Shown one piece after another: positions 54,081 through 64,000 of a stretch of 64,000 bases of DNA. Numbering within the stretch: position 1 is the first letter of the stretch; every line of letters begins with the position of its first letter. The notes beneath the pieces were generated by a model. It worked only from the letters and a program-made list of their open reading frames with translations. It had not been told where the DNA came from and did no database searches. The DNA is taken from contig NC_045696.1 of NCBI RefSeq assembly GCF_009834535.1, positions 60,390,001 through 60,454,000 of the forward strand, given 5' to 3'. The translations under genes and the position numbers were made by a program. Source of the stretch: Camelus ferus. Its lineage: Eukaryota.

Positions 54081-56659
54081 TAACAGCACCCTCAAATGTC
54101 TCCCGGCCAGTCCCTAATATTTATGTCCATGGCTTCTGCGTATGGGAAACCCCTGCATTTGTCACTGAATCCTAACACTTTAAAATAGTATCTTTTCTAG
54201 GTTCCAGGCTCCCATGAATCCATCGTCCATTTCTCCCTAATTCTCATATAAAAAATAAAATATCTTAATAACAGGGATATTTTTCCTATAGGAATAAAGT
54301 TAAGACTTTCTCAAGACTCTGGAGTTACAGCTGATCAGACTCCATGTCTCTCTCTTCTATCCAATGATAAAGAACTAAAAGCTAGATGAAGTAGGCAAGA
54401 ATATATCCAAGTGATTTTTAAAAATGAAGAGTTTCTCCATTATATAAGCATGACAGGCCTATACAGAATACTACTGTTATTCAAACAATAGCAATAAACA
54501 TGTTGTTTTTTTGTGTTGGTATTCATTTTATTTTTTCACAATCGCATTTGTCTTTTTAACTTTTAAATAATCAATCTACAATCTGGTCAATTCTCTAAGG
54601 TAATTAAGAGTTGACCAAATATATTTTCTGGAATAATTAAAAATGCACACTGGAAGCATTCATTCTTTCAACACCCTTAGAAAGTCAAAATCAAAATAGA
54701 TAATGAAATGTAGGTAAGGAAGAATCAGTTAGGCCTTAAAAAATGTAGAGGGATAAAAATACATGAGGGATAAAAAAATCAAGAAACTTAATTTGTCTAT
54801 CAGCTTTTTTACACAGCTGTGACAGGAGACCACTCAGCGTTCTCCAGGAAATAAAGAGTAGGAAGCACTTGTATCAATGACAAATTACGCAAACAGCATA
54901 AAAGCAGATTTGGGAGATAAAGCTGGATAGATAAGTAACCACCTAGTACTACATTAGGATGTCAGTCCTATAACCTACATCTGCTTCGTAACAGTGTCAT
55001 GAAGTTAAGACTTTCTCCAAAAGATCTACAGAAAAGCAAAACAAGCTACAAAATATGTAGAAGCTGTTATTATGATTGTGGCTTCTTTCAAAGAATGTTA
55101 AGATACTCTCATGAAATTCAAAGATGGGCTGAAAATGATGACATTTTAGGCATTTTTTAAAAATAGAAACTCTTCAGAGATAACATCTAAAAATCTTATA
55201 AGTACCCAGAAAAATAATGAATGACCTTCATAAGTAAATTTAGACTGTCCTAAATGTTTTAAATACAATTGCATCATGACTGAGTCCAAATCAGACAGTA
55301 CATTTTGACAGCCACTCTTCCACCAAAGGTCCAAATAAAATATATGAATTCTGAGCCTAAGTGTCATTAAAAGTGAGTCAGTGAAATGAAAAACTTGATC
55401 AAAAAATTTTTAAAATGTGTTGTCAGCCGATTCAGGTATCTGAAACGTAATGAATTAAGATCTGAAAGGCATGAATGTTGGTCATCCACTCAACTGGGTT
55501 CTGGAATAACAAGCAGTAGTTGTCAAAACGGCAGCTTTAATTTGGAGAAAACTGAAGCTCCCTAAGTGTTTAAGTTCAAGGAAGTATTGAGTATTTTTCC
55601 AGAAGAAAACGGTGTCAAAGGATGTGTAAAACAAACCATCAGATCTAGACTAACTGTCTTAATGCTTCACCTTCTGTAGAATGTAAAATAATTTGGGGGC
55701 AGGTGGGGAGGATGCAGGGAAGAAGTCATATTAAAGAAGACAAACTAATAAGTGAAAGAGTAGAGAAACTTACCTTGCTAGACTAACCACAATTTCTAAA
55801 GTAATTAAAAATGGTTAAAAAAAAAAAAAAAAGAAAGACCAAAACACCAAAAATGAGAAACTGCTGCCAGAAGTAACATTTAAAAAAACTAGACAGTTCT
55901 ACGTGTGAAGTTAAATTTGGGGAGTCCTTTTTCAGCTCTTTTTCTGAAAATCAGTTCACCCCATACTGCTCAGAAATAAAGAGAATCAAAGTCCTGAAAA
56001 CATAATTTTCTTTGTTTCACTGTAATAGTGGTTTCCAAGTTTTGCCTACTTCTCATGAACTGGTCAAAACTGAAGTAATATTATATTCAATGAAGCTTCA
56101 CAATGTTGTTTTATTTGTTTAAAAACATTTTTTAATATTTAAAAGTAAACCTTAATAAATGTGCAATTATCTGAATAAATTATAATTTTTCACATTAGTT
56201 ATAGTTAACAAAAAGTAACACATTTGCCAAATTTCTACTTTTCTTCACAAAACAGTAATATTCCTCCAACATGGCAGTTAAATGCACTAGTATTTTAGAA
56301 TACTTACAGGATAAATTTGACACCATTTTGTTTGGCATCAAAGCTTGACAATGTAATTCTAAAACTGAGCTTTCTAGTCTTACTCCTCATTCCCACTCTA
56401 CCCACCCCTTTCTGGTCATTTACAGGTTGTTCATCTTGCCTTTATTCACTCCATACCAGGTGGAATTTGCTTTTACTCCTACATACACAGACTTCATCTC
56501 AAACGGGCATACCTCACTGCCCATAAGCCATAAAGCCAGGTCCAGGAGTGGCTAAGCGCTTACCTGAACAAAATAAAAACCTTAACAGAAACAGAATTAA
56601 AACCAAAAGTTTTTGTCAGCTCAAAACTATCTTCGTGCTTGATCTACTCTTTCAGTAGC

Positions 56660-56890
56660 ATTGTTAATGGCATGAACTCTGAGGACCTAAACTGTGTCAT
56701 TAACTGGCTGTGTGCATTGCGGCAGACTACTTAATCATTTTGACCCTGTTTCCTTATGTTTGGGGAAAAAAAAAAAGGAATAATAGTACCCTCCTGGAAG
56801 GACTGCTGTGATGATACAGATAACTTATTTACTGTGTTTAGTACAGTGCTTCGCAGAAAACAGGAATTAATAAATCTATTTGACAGTATT
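56660..56890 (+). mobile_element. MIR SINE relic
   Basis: ggctgtgtgcattgcggcagactacttaatc...ctgtttccttat...ataatagtaccctcc. Confidence 0.6.
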
Positions 56891-59800
56891 ATGTTTATGA
56901 TAACGATGACTTTTAGGAATTTCTAGCTTTTTAACTATCCTGAAGTACCTGCCTCCTTCTGGTTCTTTTAAACTAGTATATCTGACACACCGCTTGGCCT
57001 GTTATCCAGTATCTGCCTGATTTTTAACCTGCTGCTCTGTGTGTTTCTGAATTGATCATCTGTGTATCTGTCTATCTATCCTTCCTCAAAGATTCCCAAC
57101 TTGAGTACAGCCCAGATTTTTCTCCTGGTCCTGGTTTCCACCGCGTTTTTGCTCTTGTTCCTATGATGACATTTGACTGCCATGTAACACATTAAGTCAA
57201 GCTCACAGGGCCACCCATCTGAATCCTCACTCATCTATTTCATCTGAATCCTAAAGCACAGGTTGTCTGCATTACTTGTATAGAATTTGTCAAATTTTGA
57301 GTCACATTAGTCACATGTTCATCATTTAATAATTATACATAAAGAATGAGACCCCTTCAAAAGATTCCCAATTTGTTAAACTAGAGACTTGTCAAAACAA
57401 ATGGTAAATATTTTTTTCCTAACTACAGACACTATAAACTACAAAGAACATTTTATATGACTTGAGGAGGGATACTCACACACACAAAATACATACACTT
57501 AATTGCAAACCATGCAACTTTCATTATTAAAGCCTCTGATTCTTTATATTTCATTTCTAAGGTATACTGTTTAAACAGAGTTAATTTTCTGGATGATTTC
57601 TCCCATACACCCTCCCCACAAATACCTTTAAAAAGTGATGGTATAGCTTACATATACACATATATATGTACGTATGTATGATTTCTTTTAGATCTTTACT
57701 GAAATGTTTTGTTAAACAGTGTTAAGCTTTTTATATGTTTATGTTACCATGTTTTTTAATGTGAATTATTAACAGTTCTGGAGAGAAAAAAAAATCTGGT
57801 TTCTGAAAGCTTTGTTAAACCAGAGAATGTCAGTCACAGCAATCTGTACTTCCCTGCTTAACCTTTCTTGGCAAGCTCGGTCCATGCCAGTGCTGTCTGG
57901 CTTCAGCAATCACAACGCCAGGAGCTCAGACCGCAGGCAACATTTTCAGTAGCCTAAACAGTATTCAGTTTCTTCTCTTCACAAATAAGACTTTAACTAG
58001 GTCTGTAACATTTCCTTTTAATAAGACTTCTCTATTATAACTAATAAACCATAAGTCAGGGCTTCAAAATAATGAGAGGAAAACTATTTTTGTTAATAAC
58101 TGAACCATACTGAAGGAAATACAAAGTGTTGAACAAACTTAATCAAGGGTAAATCAACATTCTCTCTGACTTCACCCCACTAGCCCAACTGGTTTAGAAA
58201 ATAGTAATAATGCTGTTATTCAGCTATTTAACATGGTTGTGAACAAAAGTCATAGTCAAAAGGAAGGGAAGATCAACACATATTTCAAGCATGAAGAATG
58301 CTAACTTAGAAGACAGGTTTTCCAGTGTTTCTTGCTACATTTGTATATATAAAACTATATATTCAAGAACTAAAGCCTTAAAAAAGAACTTTGTGGGGAA
58401 AGAAACCTAATGAATATGTATAATTCTGAATGACTTGGTTTGTTTTCAAAATCTCTTTTATTTTAGGGAGGAAAATCATTTTGTAAAAACTTCCCTATAC
58501 ATAGAAACGATTTCATAACATTTTTACTAATGAGATAAAAAACAGATTATGAAAACTGCCACAACTATAAAAAACAACCATAACTTGCTGTAATAGTCAG
58601 AATATTAGAATAGGTATTCTGTGGCTTACTATTTAAAGGAATTCAGAAAATTAATATAAAATTAAATACTGAAAATTGTACATAAGTCCTTTACTCCTCG
58701 AACCCTCCCCATGGCAGTAAGACTGGCATTTCCTGAGAGTAAAATGGTGACAAAGTAACTAGAAAAGAACATAACTGGAGAGATGTCATTCTAACATTTA
58801 TTCTATGTATGCATTTGAAAATGCAAAGGAAAAGGCATCTTAGATAAAGACATCTGATCACAAAGTAAATCTGCCAGTGACAATGAATGTCTAACCATGG
58901 TATGTATCTTAGCAGTAATTCTGACCCTAAACAAAACGATCAATTAGGACTATTATCTTCAACTTTGGCTTCAAGTCCTCACCTTATCTCCTATATCCCC
59001 AAACATACTCTAAGTAAAGGATCTATCTACAACACATTCACAAAAGATACAAATCTCCAATAATTGCCAAAAATGCAATCCCAAGGATATCTGCATTTTG
59101 ACCATTTCAGTGCCTTAGGCTAAAGGAATAAAGCTTTAATAAGAATTTCAGGGATCAGCCTCAGTACTCTCCCTTAAAAATGACATTTCTAGGCTAGCCC
59201 AAATTTAGCAAACAATTAAGTAATAACCTGTCCAGGCCGAGTTTAAAATTTTTCTGTTTGAAAACCAAATCAAGCTGTTTCTAGTTCTTAAAAGGCAGGG
59301 AAGACTTCTTTACTGGTAACGAGAGCAGCCAAGCAGGTACTGATTTTTAACCATGTTACAACTGGAACAGAGAACAGGTTTGGGGGCTGGAAGACTGGAA
59401 CTGACAGTATAATGAGACCCAGAAGGATGAGGGATGGTATAAGGAAAACAGAGCTTGCAAGTAACTAGTAATTCTCACCACACAACCTTTGAGGATCAGG
59501 GGATAGGTGAGATTACCTTCTTGACAATTTAAAAATGGATAAACATATGCAAAATCTTTTTTACTGTCGTATAACTATTTCAATGCATTCTTCTAAATTA
59601 AGAGCCTACAGAGAAAGCCTTGACATGGGAAAACTTTAGGACACTATCCCCCTCCAAAAATAAAAGCCATTTAAAACATCAGAAAAAGAACAGTAAGGAC
59701 AAAATAATAAATGATGGAGGATATATATGTGGCTCTAAATATATATTCCCAGATCAGTATAGCTTATAAGTATCTTGATAACAAGACAAAAATACCTTAC

Positions 59801-60883
59801 TTATCTTCAAACAGTCTATAAAAAGAATCAAGAACAATGAAGCAAATAGAACATTAAAGCGTACAGATGTGCCATACAGTTGAAGTTTTATGTAGGAGAC
59901 CAGCCACTTTCATGCTTGTTTGTTAGGGGCAAAGAAAATCAAGGAAAGTTATCAGGCAGAAAAGCTTGCTTCTTCTACATGACAAACTGTCCAAGAATCC
60001 CCTTTCATAGGTACTGCAGGTACCATGAGAACACATCTAAATAACAATGGGCAGGTACTTGCCTGACCTCTTAATACAGAGAAAAATGAAAAACTTTAAT
60101 ATTTTCAATATTCATATATTATCACCATCATTTTCAATTCTATTTAAATGTAAGAATGAAAGTTACACAACTCTGCTTTTTATTCCATCACAAAAAAGTA
60201 AAACACTGGAAAAAAATTCTAAAGAAATACTTCTCAACACACTTAAGAGATGTCAAAAGTCAACAGCTTACTAAATGAAGGTTACATTTAAAATCTGGTT
60301 TACGTTTGTTAAAAAAAATAGAATAAATGCAAATAAATGTTTGTTCTAAAATGAGGCTTAACTCTTTAAAGTATGCGTTCCTTTATAGTGATCTTCAAAA
60401 CTATCTGTTTCTAAATCCTTAACAACTTGACTGAAAACATGGCTTTCCAATTTATAAGATTATGACTCTCTTGATATAGTAAACTATATACATGATAACA
60501 TATACATGAAACAGTAAAGGGAGAAAAAGTGGTATTGCTATCTTAGGACTCAGGCATTTTGCTTCCTCCCCCTGACTAATTACTGTGAATGATAATTTTA
60601 TCTAGTATCAACTTGTTAAACATTTAAGGAAACAGCTATTTCACAAAAACTTCCTTTTGTCACTTTAAACATATTTTAAGTAATTATGAAACTCTATTTC
60701 AAAGTAATTAGGCTTGCACATTAAGTCAAGTCTTAACAATTAACACTGATTTACTGAAGGAAGAAAAAAGATGAGCTGTGATAAATACTCTTTAAGAAAC
60801 AAAACTGATCAAAGTGGCAACAAGTTGTTGCTACTTATTAAAAATTCTTCCCTATATTTGAAATGGTAATTTTAACAACCCTA

Positions 60884-60988
<105 letters not shown>

Positions 60989-61359
60989 TTAAAATAATTT
61001 CACATCCACAAATTAGTTCTGGATAAAACAGTTTATAGCTACTATTTCTGAGGAAAGAGAAATCTTACAAGTCCAAATTCTGAAAAATTCCAGTTATCTA
61101 TACAATTTTTTATACTGTTCATTAACTTAACAGAATTTTATTTCTTCTCAATTTTCCCCCCAAGTTTTAAAAATTCACTTTTTCACAACCACACAAAAAA
61201 TGAGATTAAATATGATCTATATTCTTCAAGGGGGAAAAAAAGTATATAAAGAAAACAACTTAAAATAGAATTTGAAAATCACATGGCTAGAAAAGACTCC
61301 ACAGGTTATCAAGTGTGTCTTAAACATCCCTTCTTCCTTTTTATCTGGAAGGGGATCCA

Positions 61360-61990
61360 CCCACCTTGTTCTTCCCAGCTAGACATCACTTTATGCCCTT
61401 TCATTTATTTTCTCCAGAATCTTCAGAACTTACTAAACATCCCCTTTAAAAAATAATCCTGTCTCTTCAAACGTTCCCTCTCTGCTGGAGCCTTTCCTTT
61501 TAAAGAAAGTACTCTCTGGTCTACTCTACGCAAAGAATCTTCCCAGATACCCTAACACTCTTGCCTTATTACTCCCTCCCCTTCCTTTTACCACACTTTC
61601 TTAAAATAGTCCATCCTATGTCTCAAATTCTTCACCACCTATTTGTGCCACCCCTTACATTCTGCTTCCTTAAAAGCTACTAGTGATACCTTGCTATTTA
61701 TTCTAATGTTTTTTCTCTATCTTCCTGGAAGGTTATGCTACTGCTGATCATACCCTCGTTGGAATACTCTCTTCTTTTGGCTTCTGGGACACTGAATTTT
61801 CCCAGTTCATCAAATCAACCTGTTACTCTGTCCTCCTCCCAACCCCTTAACTCAACATACATGTCTAGTATGTTTCTCCAAAGATCTCTTAATTAGTTTT
61901 TAGTTCTGCTCTCCACAACTTCACATTCTTAATTATCCTTTTTTATATTTGATTCCCAAACTCATTATTTCAAACTCCATCTGGACGTCT
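61360..61990 (+). mobile_element. L2 relic
   Basis: Pyrimidine-rich L2 motifs (ctgctgatcataccctc...ctctcttcttttggcttctgggacac...ccatctggacgtct). Confidence 0.55.
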
Positions 61991-62285
61991 TGCATAGAAA
62001 AATAAATGTTGACAGGCTTTTAACAGTTCATTCTTTAACAATTTCTCTAGCTAAAAAGAACACATTAAGCCAAATAAGTGTCCAATTAAGACTAATTAAT
62101 TTTGCACATCCATGCTAATTGTTTTCTCATTAAAGTTTTTCCTGGTTTCTTTCTGACATCCTGGTCTATAAAATTTCTAATTCGAAATGCTAGGTTAGCT
62201 ACAGTCTTAGAAATGAATGATATTTACACAATGATGAAAATAGCAAAGATAGTAATTTTGAGGGCCATAAGCCCACTTTAATTCA

Positions 62286-62525
<240 letters not shown>

Positions 62526-64000
62526 TTATGAAATATTTTTTCCTAAGTAATCTTATACAGGCTATTAGAATAACGTTATCACTAACTGTAAGAAAGTACA
62601 ATATGACTCAGAAGGGGTAAAAGTCACTAATGAAACTCTGGAAGTTGGTTAAATAAGATCTCAGCACTCTGCCCACTCCTCTCCAAAGCTGATGTCTAAT
62701 CAAGTCCCTCATTCTCTGCTAGGGTGAGTATAGCATTGTTTTCAATTTCAAATTATCACAAATGCAGGACAAAAGTCTTGTTTTAGATACGTAGTAAATG
62801 TCAATCAGTATAGGACTGATTAAATAAATTACGAAAAACGAACACAATTTAGTATCATGTGGTTGTAAAATAAAATGAGAAAGCTCTCTATATACTTATA
62901 CAGAAAGAGCTCCAAGATTTATTAAGTTAAAAAAGCAAAGTTTAGAATCTAGTATATAATTTTGCTAATTTTTGTATACAAGAGAGTATATATAGGAATA
63001 TATTTGTTTGCATATGCATAAAAACTATTTGAGAGGGATACACATAAAATGTATATAACCTCAGTTGTGATGTCCAGGGAACTTGGCAGATAGGAGATAT
63101 GGTGGGAGAGAGACTCTACCCTGTACATACTTAGAACATTTTTCTGAACCATATAAATGCTTACCTGTTACATTTTCCTTTTCCTTTTTTCTTAAAGAAG
63201 AAAAAGAGAAAACTAAGTTTTCAAGTCATCCTACGACAGAATTTGGAGCCTGGTTCAGTTTAGGACCTCTAAGGTTATTCTACGACTACTAAACTATTAT
63301 TAAGCATATTCCTTACTAAATTAGAGAAAATATGAGGGAGAAGACAAGTGACAATGACTGATCAACCTTTATCTGCCTGTGCTTCCGAGGTTGAGAGTAT
63401 CTTGGGCCAGGTCTAGACAGTGCTAGAAAGAAGCTCACCTTTGGGCTTCATTTATTCCAATTTATCAACGTGCAACATTAAACTGCCTCTCTCACCAGAC
63501 ATGTGGCAAAGAGAAAATAACAAATGATTCCTTTTTTTCTTCATTGAGAGAAGAAAGATGACAGAATATGATGTGAAAATAAGAAGCAAAGAAAACTAGG
63601 AGGTAAGATCAGGAGGAGTACGGTAAGTGAGAGGGTAACAATACTGGAGGTGGAAGCACACAGAGTGGGAGCAAAAAAACTATGCCCTACAGATGCTAGA
63701 AAAATCCAGTAAACATCTTAAAAAATACAAAGGCCTGTGGAAACTGATTAGGGTCTGTAAATACACAACTATGACCCTCTTCTTAAACCTAGAAAGGGGA
63801 GTAGGTAAGGGAAAGGGGCTTCAATTAAAAAAAATTTTTTTTTCTTCAATTCAGAAAGACAATTCAGCCTATGCTGTATGTAAATCAATGGTAATTATTA
63901 TGCAAATTATACAGGGTATGTGGGTTCTGGGCAACCTGCCAGTGTGGTCAACAATGCTTCAAAGTCTATGCACCAAAGTCACAGAGGGAAACATTTGGCA

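Overview
Mammalian genomic DNA containing two genes, both on the minus strand and in tandem. The L1 3'-UTR style and the absence of recognisable Alu, Bov-tA/BovB, PRE-1 or Can-SINE elements suggest a camelid or related laurasiatherian, which is an inference. Right part: the 3' half of ZNF148 (ZBP-89), with four coding exons (62417-62294, 60987-60904, 38473-38355, 38047-36449) encoding the four C2H2 fingers and the C-terminus, then a ~6.7-kb 3' UTR ending near 29770. Left part: the 5' end of SLC12A8 (CCC9), with a CpG-island promoter (~20.4-21.5 kb), the first coding exon (19986-19891) and the next coding exon (1209-1063). The rest is intron or intergenic DNA with L1, L2, MIR, LTR and DNA-transposon relics, including a dead 3.1-kb L1 with target-site duplications. 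Most interesting observations: (1) the SLC12A8 initiator position reads ACG rather than ATG, in a strong Kozak context; (2) a repeat-poor part of the ZNF148 ZF2-ZF3 intron holds a cluster of microexon-like units (15/20, 30, 17 and 22 nt) that would either remodel the TGEKP linker in frame or trigger NMD; (3) splice phases allow an in-frame ZNF148-SLC12A8 read-through fusion. These are sequence-level predictions that need RNA data. Repeat family names and orthologue comparisons are from memory, and repeat boundaries are approximate.
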